From assembly GCA_951406725.2 (NCBI GenBank), contig OX597829.1, forward strand, positions 1,922,001 through 1,986,000: DNA of 64,000 bases. Reading direction: 5' to 3'. The notes below the pieces were generated by a model, which searched no databases, was not told where the DNA came from, and saw only the letters and a program-made list of their open reading frames with translations. Within the stretch, counting starts at the first letter, position 1. The number at the start of each line of letters is the position of its first letter. The stretch comes from Octopus vulgaris (taxonomy: Eukaryota). A program made the translations under genes and the position numbers. Below, piece by piece: positions 1 to 15,384 of this stretch.

Positions 1-92
1 AGACACTTGCCCAAGATGCCACGCAGTGGGACTGAACCCGGAACCATGTGATTGGTAAACAAGGTACTTACCACACAGCCACTCCTGCGCCT
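1..92 (-). mobile_element. SINE family A, 5' head (cut by window edge)
   Basis: Minus strand has A-box TGGCTGTGTGG, B-box-like GGTTCAGTCCC and CORE-like CTTGGGCAAGTG; matches many other copies. Confidence 0.85.
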
Positions 93-119
93 ATATATAT
101 CATATATATAGCATATATA

Positions 120-165
<46 letters not shown>

Positions 166-544
166 GTGTGTACGTTATATATATATATATATCATATATG
201 AATATGTGTATTATATATATATATCATATATGTAAATGTGTATATATATATTTATATTATATATAATATATATACAGATATATATAATACATATAAAATA
301 TATATATGTAATAAATATCTAAAATGTATACATAATATATATGTTTATAGAATATATATATATATATAACATACATATATATATATATACATAAAATATA
401 TACATAATATATATAAAATATATATATATATGTATGATTTATGTATATAATATATATACATAAATGTAGAATATATGTATATACAAATAAAATATATACT
501 TGTATCTAGAATTTATATATATATATATACAGATTCTTTTGTTT

Positions 545-700
545 CTTTTTTACTTGATTCAGTCATTTGACTGCAGGCAGGCTGGAACACTGTTCGATCG
601 AGCGAATTGACCCCAGGACATATTCTTTCTAAGCCTAAGTACTTCTCTATCAGTCTCATTTGCAGAACCGCTTGGTCACGGGGATAAAGCACATGAGCAT
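545..700 (-). mobile_element. SINE family A, degenerate 3' fragment
   Basis: ttttacttgattcagtcatttgactgc...gaccccaggac...cctaagtactt aligns to family A tail. Confidence 0.7.
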
Positions 701-710
701 ATATATAATA

Positions 711-753
<43 letters not shown>

Positions 754-953
754 GTATATATATACACCTAATATAATATATATACGTATATAATATATAT
801 AATGTATATATATAATATATAAATATATTTTATATATAATGTGCATATAACATATATAAAAAACATATATACAATATATATATAATATTTGTATATAATA
901 AATATATAATTTATACTATAAAATATAATATATATATGAATATATAATATGTA

Positions 954-985
<32 letters not shown>

Positions 986-1067
986 ATGTATATAATATAT
1001 TTATAATATATATACGTTTAAATATTTGTTGTGCAAGATTTTTTATACGAAAGAAGAAAACAAAGGA

Positions 1068-1107
1068 CCACTGATGCGGTCACAGGAGTGTGACAAAAGA
1101 ACTCTGG
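1068..1107 (+). ncRNA. Decayed minimal type I hammerhead-like motif
   Basis: cca-CTGATGC-g-gtcaca(ggag)tgtgac-AAAA-g-aa-c-TC-tgg; stems I/II/III fit, core has A9C and G12A. Confidence 0.45.
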
Positions 1108-1223
1108 CCGAAATAAGATTAAGATTAATGTAAAAAATAAATAACAGTGAAGCAAAATAACACCAAATATATAGTGCGTGTGTTTTTATTGGCTAAACTG
1201 GCAATATGACCATTCCGAAATAT

Positions 1224-1287
<64 letters not shown>

Positions 1288-1361
1288 TTTCATTATATTT
1301 ATATATATTATATATGTATAATATAGATAATATTCTTTGATTCTTTTTTCTTTTATTCTCT

Positions 1362-1723
1362 TATTCTTTTACTTGTTTCAGTCATTTGACTGCGGCCATG
1401 ATGGAGCACCGCCTTTAGTCAAGCAAATCGACCCCAGGACTTATTCTTTGGAATCCTAGTACTTATTGTATCAGACATAATCATACCAGCATTGGTTGTC
1501 AAGTGATGTTGGGAGGACAAACACAGACACACAAACATATACACACACATACATATATACGATGGGTTTCTTTCAATTTCCCTCTACCAAATCCACTCAC
1601 AAGGCTTTGACAGCATGAGGCTATACTAGAAGACACTTGCCCAAGGTGCCATGCAGTGGGACTGAACCCAGAACCATGAGGTTGGTATGCAAGCTACTTA
1701 CCACACAGCCTCTCCTACACCTA
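1362..1723 (-). mobile_element. SINE family A, near full length
   Basis: tRNA-like head at right, internal CA/TA tract, conserved 3' tail at left. Confidence 0.9.
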
Positions 1724-1736
1724 TATATATATATTA

Positions 1737-1885
1737 TTACTCTTTTACACTCTTTTACATGTTTCAGTCATTAGACTGTGGCCATACTGGAGCACCGCCT
1801 TTAATCGAGCAACTCGATTAAAGGCGGTGCTCCAGTATGGCCACAGTCTAATGACTGAAACATGTAAAAGAGTGTAAAAGAGTAA
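1737..1885. repeat. Perfect 73-bp-arm palindrome made of SINE A 3' tail
   Basis: 1737-1809 is the exact reverse complement of 1813-1885, loop CAA. Confidence 0.95.
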
Positions 1886-1923
1886 AAGAGTATAATGTAT
1901 ATAACATATATATAATACATATA

Positions 1924-2318
1924 TCTTTATATATAAAAGTGAAGTTGTGTGTCTGTCTCCTACGATTTAGATTCCTAACTACTCCCACATTTTGCGGTGC
2001 AGTTTAACCAAAAGCGGGTATCTTATAGTCGTGATTCATATCGAGCCCTTCTGGGTATTAGCACGCGTCTACGATGAGTCTACGATTTAAAAAAAAATTA
2101 CCATCATTTTTTTCCATTTTAATGCATTTTTTCGCTATTATATAAGGGAAGTAACTCTCTAAAAATGTCTACGATGAGTCAACGATTCAAAAAAATTTAC
2201 CATAATTTTTTTTCCAATTTTAATGCATTTTTTTGCTATTTTTTGGCTATAACTCTCTAAAAATGCTTATATAGTTATTTCCCCTACAAACCCGAGCGAC
2301 GCCGGGCGATACTGCTAG
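1924..2318 (+). mobile_element. Non-autonomous Helitron
   Basis: 5' TC (a|tctttatatataaaa), subterminal hairpin cccgagcgacgccggg, 3' CTAG, inserted between A and T, no TSD. Confidence 0.8.
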
Positions 2319-2342
2319 TTTATGTATATATAATATATATGT

Positions 2343-2825
2343 CATCATCATCATCATCATTTAGCGTCCGCTTTCCATGCTAGCATGGGTTGGACGGTTC
2401 AACTGGGGGTCTGTGAAGCTGGAAGGCTTCGTCAGGCCCAGTCAGATTTGGCAGTGTTTCTACGGCTGGATGCCCTTCCTAACGCCAACCACTCCATGAG
2501 TGTAGTGGGTGCTTTTTACGTGCCACCCGCACAGGTGCCAGACAGAGCTGGCAAACGGCCATGAACGGATGGTGCTTTTACGTGTCACTGGCACGGGGCC
2601 AGGCGATGCTGGCAACAGACACAAACGGATGGTGCTTTTACGTGCCACCGACACGGGGCCAGACAGAGCTGGCAAACGGCCACGAATGGATGGTGCTTTT
2701 ACGTGTCACCGTCACGGGGGCCAGGCGAGGCTGGCAACGGACATGAACAGATGGTGCTTTTATGTGCCACCGACACGGGGGCCAGACAGAGCTGGCAACG
2801 GCCACGAACGGATGGTGCTTTTACA
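2343..2825 (-). mobile_element. SINE-like family C with internal ~60-bp minisatellite
   Basis: (GAT)n tail, ggttggcgttaggaagggcatccagc motif; 5-6 tandem ggtgcttttacgtg units at 2505-2825. Confidence 0.85.
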
Positions 2826-2888
2826 TGTATATGTATATCATAAATATATATAGATATAATATATATCTATATCATCTATATATATATA

Positions 2889-3170
2889 TTTTACTGGTTT
2901 CAGCCCAGAGCTGAGGTCATGCTGGTGCACCACATGTGGTTACTCAGTGTTATTTCTGATATTGTTTTTGGTGAAGCAACGAGTTGGACGGAGCTACTCT
3001 TCTTTGTGTCCCCTTCTACGATGTGGGTTCATCTGGTATCTAAGATAGAAACCTGTCCAGACGTTCCTTGGAAACGTCCACATCATCACCATGTAGGTCT
3101 CTAAGGTTGCTTGGAAGGATTTTGATCAATTGCAGGCCCTTGAAACCCAGACTTTTGCAGTACTATGTCC
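2889..3170 (-). pseudogene. LINE (CR1/L2-group) ORF2 C-terminus and 3' UTR fragment
   Basis: Manual translation YCKSLGFKGLQLIKILPSNLRDL..VDVSKERLDRFLS*IPDEP..RVAPSNSLLHQ with in-frame stops; 3' stem-loop. Confidence 0.75.
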
Positions 3171-3210
<40 letters not shown>

Positions 3211-3212
3211 CT

Positions 3213-3405
3213 TAAAGTAGTGGAAATGGCTAAAAAAACTTTTTGGCTGCTATTTCTAAAAATTTCAGTATGTGGCAAAGTAAATTTTTTACTGAGCCCT
3301 AATTATATAACGTAATATATTGAATACGCCTTGAATGGTCCTTTTACATACTGAACACTACTTGGTGAAATTAATTAATAATTAATTGATTTTACCCTTA
3401 ATCAT

Positions 3406-3410
<5 letters not shown>
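3213..3410 (+). repeat. Unclassified ~200-bp dispersed repeat (also 4103-4285, 11594-11787)
   Basis: Shared aagtag..gaaat..ttttggctgctatttcta..ccctaattata..aatggtcctttt..cttggtgaaatt. Confidence 0.8.
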
Positions 3411-3449
<39 letters not shown>

Positions 3450-4859
3450 TTGTGTGTGTGTGTGTGTGTGTCTATGAATATATATAGAAAAAAAAATAGA
3501 TAGATATTTCAGCCAAATAAGAATATATATACAGAATCAGAGTGAGAGATAACAGACAGACAGACCGACTAATAGATATATTGGTAGATATATACGCATA
3601 CATGCATACATACATGCATAAATATAGAGATACATACATGAAAAAATACATATATAGCTATAAAAATTGATAGACAGATGAATATATTGATAGATATTTT
3701 TCTAGGCATTTTACCATATGTATTGATACATATATATATATGTTGATACATATATATATATATGTGTATAAACATGAATGAGTGCATTTGTAAGTTTGTG
3801 TGAGCATGTGTGGGCGTATATGCACATGTATGTCTATGTATATTTGGATATCATTTATTTCTAATAATTTATCAACCTGTCTATGTATTTTGCTCTCAGT
3901 CCATATATCAATCTACCGAGGTACATATCTACACACAAAGAGAAACAGGAAAACATAGACTGACACATGCATACACCCACACGCAAATGCGTATATAATA
4001 TATACTTTATTATTAGGATTCTGCAAAGATTTGCTTCATTACATACCTTTGCCTGCGTAGATTGTTTTCAAGTACTTTTTTTTTTCTGGGAGTCCCTTTT
4101 TAAAGTAGAAGAAATAGCTAAGATTTTTTGACTGCTATTTCTAAACTTCGATATGTGGGTGAAGCAAATCTTTACTGAACCCTAATTATAAAGTATTACT
4201 TAAGCTTACCATGAAATGGTCTTTTTCATGCCAAATTCTCCTTGGTGAAATTACTGATTACTTCTTAATTAATTAATTTTACTCTTTGTTATTATATATA
4301 TATATATATATACACACACACATGCCAATGCAGATACATAAACACACAAAAACAAACATATGCACATTCATAAACACACACATGCACACCCATACACACA
4401 CAAATACGCACACACACACACACACGCACACACACACACACATACACACACGCAAATACACATACATACCTGTTCCACATACATGAGTGAAAACATTCAT
4501 GCAGACCTACAAACAAAAGAAACTAGGAATATTACTTTTAAGCATTACAAGAATACAGGAATAGTATTCTTTGCAAATTCATTTGAAGAAGGAATTTTTA
4601 TATTCCGAAATATCATATCAGACCATGGATGACTAAATTACACCAGTTCTTTTATTAGTCCGTTGTTTGTATTATAGTGCATTGTTGTACCATTCAAGAC
4701 ACATATATTTTACAAATAATATACAATGCTTCAAATGAACTACAATACTCTCCTATATATGTGTGTGTGTGTATAACTAGTAACAAATATACATAAAATT
4801 ATATATAGAGTGAGACACACACACATACAGAGGCAGAGGTAAATATGTATAATATTATG

Positions 4860-5858
<999 letters not shown>

Positions 5859-6167
5859 AGAGAGAGAGAGATGGAGAGAGACAGACAGACAGATAGAGAG
5901 AGACAAACAGACAGTCAGACAGAGAGACAGAAAAAGAAAGAAATATTCATGTGTGTGTGTATGTACATATATGAGAAGTGGCATACATATGCAACTACAT
6001 CTTAAATATTAAGTATTTAATATGCACAAATATATTGCAAGGATAATTATGCATATAATATATACTTTTTAATATATTTATTGTATATATATTTATCTAT
6101 ATATATATAGGTATATATATGTGTATATATATATGTGTGTGTGTGTGTATGTTTATATATATATATA

Positions 6168-6331
6168 GTTTAAGTTAAGTTAATTTTTTGGCTCAAAAAG
6201 CAAAAAAACAAGGCCATGTACGGGGGACATGGAGTCATGTACAGGGGACATGGAGTCATGTACAGGGAGGGTGTTCATGCAAAGAGTTCAGGCCATTTCT
6301 GGTCAAGAGAGACTTTGAACCGAGCGGTCGT
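6168..6331 (-). pseudogene. CR1-like LINE extreme 3' end
   Basis: Translates [18 protein letters not shown] (FKxxLDxxW C-terminal motif), short UTR, (AACTT)n tail. Confidence 0.65.
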
Positions 6332-6421
6332 GAATGTATGTATATATATGTATGTAGGTATATATATGTATGTATGTATAAATATATATATGTATGTATA
6401 AATATGTGTATGTATGTATAA

Positions 6422-6481
<60 letters not shown>

Positions 6482-6483
6482 CA

Positions 6484-6533
<50 letters not shown>

Positions 6534-6603
6534 GATATATATCGACATATACATATATATATACATACATACATATACATATATATATATACATACATAT
6601 ATA

Positions 6604-6704
<101 letters not shown>

Positions 6705-7019
6705 ACCTATATATACGTATATGTATAATAAAATATGTGTGTGTGTGTACACATTGATATATAAGATTTATATACAATGTATTAGTTCTCAAATGCATGT
6801 AGACAGAAATTTATATGTATGTATATATATATATATAATGTATTTATATATGTATATATATATAATGTATGTATATATAATATATATTTATAATTGTACG
6901 ATATATATATATATATTTACATGTATATATATTTTTGATATATATATATTCATGTGCATGTGCATGTGTGTTTATATTGTAGACCTTTTTGAACAAAACT
7001 TACAAACATTTATGTAAAA

Positions 7020-7223
7020 CATATGCACACACACACACACACACATACACACACACACATATATATACATATATACGACGGGTTTTTTTCAGTTTCCGTC
7101 TACCAAATCCACTCACAAGGCTTTGGTCAGCCCAAGGCACTTGGCAAAAGTGCCACGCAGTGGGACTGAACACAGAACCATGTGCTTGATAAGCAAGCTA
7201 CTTACCACACAGCCACTCCTGCG

Positions 7224-7226
<3 letters not shown>
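7020..7226 (-). mobile_element. SINE family A, 5' half
   Basis: Matches family A head and body. Confidence 0.88.
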
Positions 7227-7272
<46 letters not shown>

Positions 7273-7274
7273 GG

Positions 7275-7822
7275 AAATTGCAGCTGTGATACCAGTGCCG
7301 GTGACAAGTAAGTGAACCATCCGATCGTGGCCAGTGCCAGCGCCGCCCCAACTGGCCGTTGCCAGCCTCGCCTGGCCCCTGTGCCGGTGGCATGTAAAAA
7401 GCACCCGCTACACTCACGGAGTGGTTAGTGTTAGGAAGGGCATCCAGCCGTAGAAACACTGCCAGATCAGACTGGGCCTAAAGCAGCCTTGGGCAAGTGT
7501 CTTCTGCTATATCTCCGGGCCGACCAATGCCTTGTGAATGGATTTGGTAGACAGAAACTGAAAGAAGCCTGTCGTATATATGTATACATATAAGTGTGTG
7601 TGTATATGTTTGTGTGCCTGTGTTTGTCCCCCTAGCATTGCTTGACAACCGATGCTGGTGTGTTTACGTCCCTGTCACTTAGCAGTTCGACAAAAGAGAC
7701 CGATAGAATAAGTACTGGGCTTACAAAAGAATAAGTCCCGGTGTCGATTCGCTCGACTAAAGGCGGTGCTCCAGCATGGCCACAGTCAAATGACTGAAAC
7801 AAGTAAAAGAGTAAAAGAGTAA
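7275..7822 (+). mobile_element. Chimeric SINE: family C body fused to family A body and tail
   Basis: Family C sequence to ~7488, then ccttgggcaagtg through family A tail. Confidence 0.8.
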
Positions 7823-8251
7823 TATGTATGTATGTATGTGTGTTTGTATGTGTTTTCATTCATCCAATTATGTATAAAATGCACTCTGTTACTACTTATC
7901 AATATATAATTTTCGTGTATACATACATATATATATATACATATATACATACATATATTTGCATATTAGTACTACCATTGGTTGCATTTTAAGAAAATTA
8001 CTTTAATGTCATAAAAAGCTTTTCAAACCAATCTCATGTTCGTATCCATTATGGAATAAAACACATATATAGGTAAATAGACATATATATATATTATATA
8101 TATACGTTCACATGTATATATGCCTATATATATATACACACACAAGCTGAGTTATGGACACGCTCACACACAGACATAGGTCCATAATTCCACATATACA
8201 CCTGTATGTATACATATCATTACCATTATCAACAATTAACATCCATCTTCC

Positions 8252-8292
<41 letters not shown>

Positions 8293-8676
8293 TGTATATT
8301 GGATATGTCTATACATACATATATATATATGTGTGTGTAGAATATATATATTATTCAGTTTAGTTTGATGAGCTCTGTATATATATGCATGTGTGTACAT
8401 ATATATATATATGTATACATAAACATATCTGCATTCTTCATTTGTTATGCTTAGGAGCACAATGATATCTGATATATATATATATATAACATGTATACAT
8501 AAATACATTCAAGACATTGTTATTTTGTTTTACTTCATCACACACACACACACATATATATAAATGTACACATACACACACTTATGTGAACATGTATATA
8601 AATAAATACATATATATGTATGTGTTGTTGTGTGTATTTATAAATGCATATTTATATATATATTTATAAATATATA

Positions 8677-8810
8677 TCATCATCATCATCATCATCATCG
8701 TTTAGCGTCCGTTTTCCATGCTAGCATGGGTTGGACGGGTCAACTGGGGTCTGTGAAGCTGGAAGGCTTCGTCAGGCCCAGTCAGATCTAGCAGTGTTTC
8801 TACGGCTGGA
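8677..8810 (-). mobile_element. Family C 3' fragment
   Basis: Nearly identical to 2343-2471. Confidence 0.88.
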
Positions 8811-8895
8811 TATAAATATATATATATATATATATACATGCATAAATATGTATATATATATACATATGTATGTATATATATATATATATACATAC

Positions 8896-8936
<41 letters not shown>

Positions 8937-8939
8937 TAC

Positions 8940-9041
<102 letters not shown>

Positions 9042-9086
9042 TATTATATCTTATAATCTAATACAGCACATGTGTATGTGAATATA

Positions 9087-9125
9087 TCTATTGAAAAGGT
9101 TGCAAGATGCAACAAAAATTTTAGA
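9087..9125 (+). ncRNA. Possible decayed minimal hammerhead (U3-A8 core)
   Basis: tcta-TTGAAAA-g-gttgca(aga)tgcaac-AAAA-a-ttt-taga; AT-rich, G12A. Confidence 0.3.
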
Positions 9126-9229
9126 AAAATAAATAAGTAAATGTGTAGAAATTCTACCGGTGAAATGGCTCTCCCCACACACAACAGAATATATATATAT
9201 ATATATAAACATACATACATACATATATA

Positions 9230-9261
<32 letters not shown>

Positions 9262-9875
9262 GTCTATGTATATACACATATTATTCTGACATGCCCCGAG
9301 AAGTAAACATTTATTTTTATTTTATATATGTATACATACACACACATGTTATATTTAATTACTTATATATAATACATTGTAATTTAATATAATATAATAT
9401 GTATTTATATACATATACATATGTATGTATATACTTATATATACATATATATATGCGTGTGTGTGTAATATACTATTTTGGATTTTATATAAACATACAT
9501 ATATTATATATATGTACATATATGTATGTATATGTGTATATATATATACATATAAACATTTAATATAATATGATATAATGTAACATGTTTGTGTGTATAT
9601 ATACATATACACATGTGTTTGTGTGCATGTGTATATGTGGGTGAGACTGTGCGTTTTGCATGCTTATATATGTTTGTATCTATTTCTGTGTATATATATA
9701 TGTAGATATATGCTATTTCTTTGGATATATTTAGTTTTATAATTGGTTAAAATGCCACTCACTTTGTAGTGTGTCCCTTCTTGTTATTTTCTTATACCTG
9801 TGGATAGAATATATTAAGGGATGTTTTAATTGAGTGGGATCAAAGAATAAGAGAGGAAAGAGAATGAAGTTGAAG

Positions 9876-9955
<80 letters not shown>

Positions 9956-10050
9956 ACCAAAAAGCAAAAGAGACTGTGAAATATATAGACAAAGAGATAT
10001 AGACTGAATAGTCATATTGGGGTAGTTTTTTTTTTAAAAGGTGAAAGAAT

Positions 10051-10098
<48 letters not shown>

Positions 10099-10802
10099 TA
10101 TAGGGGGGATGAGTGAGGGTGAGGGTAGGAGGAAATCGACATGGGTTTATATCACAGTCAATGTGGTTGAGTAAGTCCTGAATTGTAGTTGAGGTTGTTG
10201 TGGTAGTAGTGGTAGTACTGTTGATTAGCTAGCTCTACTTTAGCGCTTAACCTGCAAACTTATGTTTAAATATGTTCCACATATGACCATCACATCTCCA
10301 TTCAAATGAGACTCCACATTTCTCTAGCTAGCTTTCCTTTTTTGCTGTTGATTTTTTTTTTATTGTTGTTGTGGTTTTTGTCAGGAGGTTTGACACGACT
10401 GAACAAAGTTTAATGATCAAAGATATGTTTTTTCCAGCTATGACCACCCCTTCTTTCATCCAAGTGTGTAATACCTATATCTATATACATATATGTATGT
10501 GTGTGAGTGTCTGTGTGTGTGTGTGTGTTTGTGAGTGTGTGTGTGTGTGTTTGTGAGTGTGTGTGTGTGTGTACTAAAAATAAGGTGGGTAATAGATATT
10601 GTCAGACATATATATATATCTATGTCTACAATATCTGTTACCCACCTCATTTTGGTACACAGTAGGCATAAATAGGTGTGTGGATGTGTGTGTGTGAGAA
10701 AGTGAGTGTCTGTGCATGTGTGTGTGTGAGAAAGTGAGTGTCTGTGCATGTGTGTGCCTGTGAGTATGTGTGTTTGCATATGTATGTACATATTTGTTAC
10801 AG

Positions 10803-10839
<37 letters not shown>

Positions 10840-11460
10840 AATGTGCATGTGTGCATATATGTATGTATCAATCTATATTTATCTTTATATCTATATATAT
10901 ATATGTCTATCTATCTATCTATATATCTATACATATATATAAATTTAAAATATTTACGAAAAAAATTTGAATATTAATTTGATTAATATCAATTTAAAAC
11001 CAGTGGTCTAGCATATTCAATATTATACATACATACATATATAAATATGCATATATATATAGAGAGAGAGATATAGAGAGAGAGGGGGGGATACATAAAT
11101 GTACAAAGATAAATGTATATATATATTCATATGTATAAATATATATACATTTATGCATAATATATACATATGTGAATGTATATAGATAAATGTATATATA
11201 CTTTTATATTTAAATGCATATACATTTATGTGTATATTATATAAATATATATTTATACAAAAATAAGTATATATGCATAGATATAGAGCTAGACTGATAG
11301 ATAGAAGCATACATGTATACAAAATTTGTGTGTGTGTGTGTGAGTGCATGTGTATGTGCCTGAGTCTGTACATCTGTATATAAATGCTATGAACCTGGGG
11401 TCAAGAGTGGACCAATGTATTTATGAGTCTTCAGGTCATTCCTAAATCTACACACAAGCA

Positions 11461-11508
<48 letters not shown>

Positions 11509-11901
11509 CTATGTACTTGTGATATTTTTCTGTATTTACCCCCAAACCTTCGTGAGCTGTCTGGAGTAAACATTATTTGAGAGAAATTTTCTTTAAGTAG
11601 TAGAAATGCTAATAAAAATTTTTTTGGCTGCTATTTCTACTAAGTTCAGTATGTGGCAAAGTAATTTATTTTACTAAGCCCTAATTATATAATGTAATAT
11701 TTTGAATTCGCCTTAAATGGTCCTTTTACATACTGAACACTTGGTGAAATTGATTAATTAATTAATTTTACCCTCAATTGTTGATATATATATATATATA
11801 TATATATAAATATGTTTGCATTTGTGCCTGTCTATAGATAAATAGATATGTATGTATATAGCTGATTGTTATGTAGATATCTATATCTATATCTTTATCT
11901 G

Positions 11902-11968
<67 letters not shown>

Positions 11969-11985
11969 CTATATATATGTATGTA

Positions 11986-12041
<56 letters not shown>

Positions 12042-12674
12042 ATTTATTTTCTATATATATATATATGTATATGTAAATATGCCAATAAATATATAATGTT
12101 TCTACACACACATATATATGTATATTTTTATACGTATGTGTGTGTGTGTGTGTGTGTGTGTGTATTTATAAGTAGGAAGTTGTGTTGATGAAGCAACTGT
12201 CACACTCTATTGAAATTGACATGCCAGCGATTTACCATAATTTATCAATGTGTTGAGTGACTTCTGCTATATGGAAACTGTATGGAAGCTCATCGTATAT
12301 ACTTGTGTGTGTGATTGTTTGTGCATGTGTGAGTGTTTGTGTGTGTATTTATATGTGTGTGTGTGTGTGTGTATGTTCACATAGAGAGATAGGCAGACAT
12401 ATAGGAAGACAGATGTGTATGTCTTTCACAACCTGTGTAGGTTTGTTTGTGTCTCTGTAACAGGGAAGTTTGGCCAAAAGACATTGAAAGAATAAGTACT
12501 AGACGTAAAGATTTAGGGTGTGGGGGTCGGTCTCATTGACGAGAGCCCCTTTAAGGAGTTTCCCCTGTATGGTCACAGTCCATTGACTGAAACAAGCAAG
12601 ACATACAAGATGAAATGAAATAAATTCCATAGAAATGGAAGCACAGAAAATGCTGAATGGACACAGAACTGGAT

Positions 12675-12825
12675 AATTCCGCCGAGGTCGACTTTACCTT
12701 TCATCCTTTCAGGATCGATAAATTAAGTACCAGTTACGCATTGGGGTCGATGTAATCGACTTAATCCCTTTGTCTGTCCTTGTTTGTCCCCTCTATGTTT
12801 AGCCCCTTGTGGGTAATAAAAAAAA
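12675..12825 (+). mobile_element. SINE family B, 5'-truncated
   Basis: cctttcatcctttc..gataaattaagtaccag..gccccttgtgggtaataaa. Confidence 0.88.
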
Positions 12826-12829
12826 CAGA

Positions 12830-13820
12830 TATTGCTTAGCCCCGGGTCATTCCTGATGCAACAGACCTATCATAACGGGGTTCTGCCCCAGCCATGAGTA
12901 ATCCCATAAATTTTTATCTCGGTTCTGTTTATATCATCTTGTAAATGCAGCCCTTGGCACATCTGTCATATATTTTGGGTCCTTAACATTTTGGGTGTTA
13001 AAGCTCTGTACTGTTTCATCCCTAGATAGACTGGCAGCTTCATCTTTTATTAATGATGCAGTGTATCTAAGAGTACATCATCTAATGTGTTCCACCTTGT
13101 TGTTGTTCAATCCCAAGACAGTCCTGATTTAGACAGATCTATGATCAAAGATGCTCCAGCTGTGACCATCCATCCTTTCTCTTATCCTGATATATCATAT
13201 TATTATCTAATGTAGAGTACAGTACTTAGTAGTAGTGGTTATAGCTGTTGCTGTGGTTGTGGTTATAGTTGTCGTTGCTGCTGCTGTAATTGTTATTGTT
13301 ATTGTTAATTAATTCTTGATTATTCATAAAAACAAGGACATCATACATGTTCCAGCCATGACCATCCTATAATTTCTTCAAACATGGTTTGTTTAGGACA
13401 ACTTTACTAACAACTGTATAGTAGTATAGGTGTTAGTATTTGCAGTCATTGTTGTTGGTACTGTTGTATTCTAACTCAGTCCTGATCCAAGACATTCCAG
13501 CCATGACAATCCCATCTTTTATTCAGTCCTTGTCTATCTAGGACGATATTATTCAATGTGTCCTTGTTAAAGTGGTGATGTTCTTTAGCCCTGGGTCAAT
13601 CCTGATCCAACATGTTCCAGTAACGACCATCCAGCATTTCATTCAGCCACAATGTATCTCCGGCTACATTGGCTCATGTGCCTCTCCTTGTTGTTGTTGT
13701 TGTTTAGTACCAGGTGATTCCTCATCCAACAGACCAATGATCCTAATATCTTGGGATTATCCAACCATGACCATCCAATATTTCATTACACAGATTTATC
13801 TAGGACTACACTTTAAATAT
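12830..13820 (+). repeat. Degenerate tandem cluster of an old ~100-150-bp repeat
   Basis: About 7 copies of gtcctgatcc..tgatcaaa..ttccagccatgaccatcc..tatctagg with GTT/GTA-rich linkers. Confidence 0.75.
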
Positions 13821-13909
13821 GCTACTTCTGTTTCCTTCTATTGCTTTCTTTTTTTTTTTTTCTTTCCTATCATTTTTCTTCTTACTTTCTTTCTTTGAAA
13901 GATAGTAGC

Positions 13910-13961
<52 letters not shown>

Positions 13962-14226
13962 TTCCAGATAGAATTTGGCTAGGACTTCTATTGCTGCTTC
14001 CTCATGTTGTCTAACTGGTTGTTGTTGTCTAGCTAGACATTATTGGTAAGGAATAGAAACTCAGAGAATGATGGATGGACAAAGCTGGTTGCAGACTCCC
14101 ATGTCATCTATCAATGTCGGCGAAGGGAGACAGAATAAAAGAAAAAAATAAAATAAAATAAATATAAACTAAAGATTTAAAACAAGACACAGAAGAAACA
14201 GTAAGGGAATGATGTGTATATGTGTA

Positions 14227-14302
<76 letters not shown>

Positions 14303-14380
14303 CACACACACACACATATATATATATATATGTATGTTTGTATGTATCTATCTATCTATTTTACCTATCTGTCTATCTAC

Positions 14381-14432
<52 letters not shown>

Positions 14433-14545
14433 CGGAAATGGAGTTTGGAAGCAAAGAGAAGGGTGTGGTGGTGTAGTGTGGGTGGGTAGAGAGAAAGCAG
14501 AAAAGGGAGAAAAGATTAGGAAGAAAAAAAAATCAAACACCAAGA

Positions 14546-14661
<116 letters not shown>

Positions 14662-14777
14662 TGTGTGTGTGTGTATCATATATAAACACACATGTGCACA
14701 TTCACAGGTATGTATGTAGGGATGTATTAGCATTTTGTATGTATGTATATATATATGTTATATATATTGTATATATA

Positions 14778-14833
<56 letters not shown>

Positions 14834-14861
14834 GTGAGTACATATATATATAATGTATATG

Positions 14862-14936
<75 letters not shown>

Positions 14937-14940
14937 AGTG

Positions 14941-14988
<48 letters not shown>

Positions 14989-15042
14989 TATGGAGTGTAT
15001 ATATAAATATATATATATATATATAAATATATATATGGAGTG

Positions 15043-15074
<32 letters not shown>

Positions 15075-15384
15075 TACACACGCACACACATGCATACATA
15101 CATTTATACATATACAAAGACATGGAGATATGTATCTACGCGTTTTGAGTGAGTGTGTGTGTGTATGTGTGTGGTATGTATGTGTATGTGTGTGTATGCC
15201 TGTGTGTGTGTAATTTTAATAATATATGTCTATGCACTCGCTGGTATGAGTGAATCTGTCTCTCTGCTAAAAGCGACATTTTCCACATTTTTGCTGTAAT
15301 ATATGATGTTGCATTGTTGTCGGAGTTGGTGGGAGAAAACGCAGATGGGGAGGCACAAAATCTTTAGCTGAGAATTAATAGTGT

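Noticed and set aside
13967-14052. Possible AG..GTAAG exon
   Set aside because: Stop codons in all three frames, no homology
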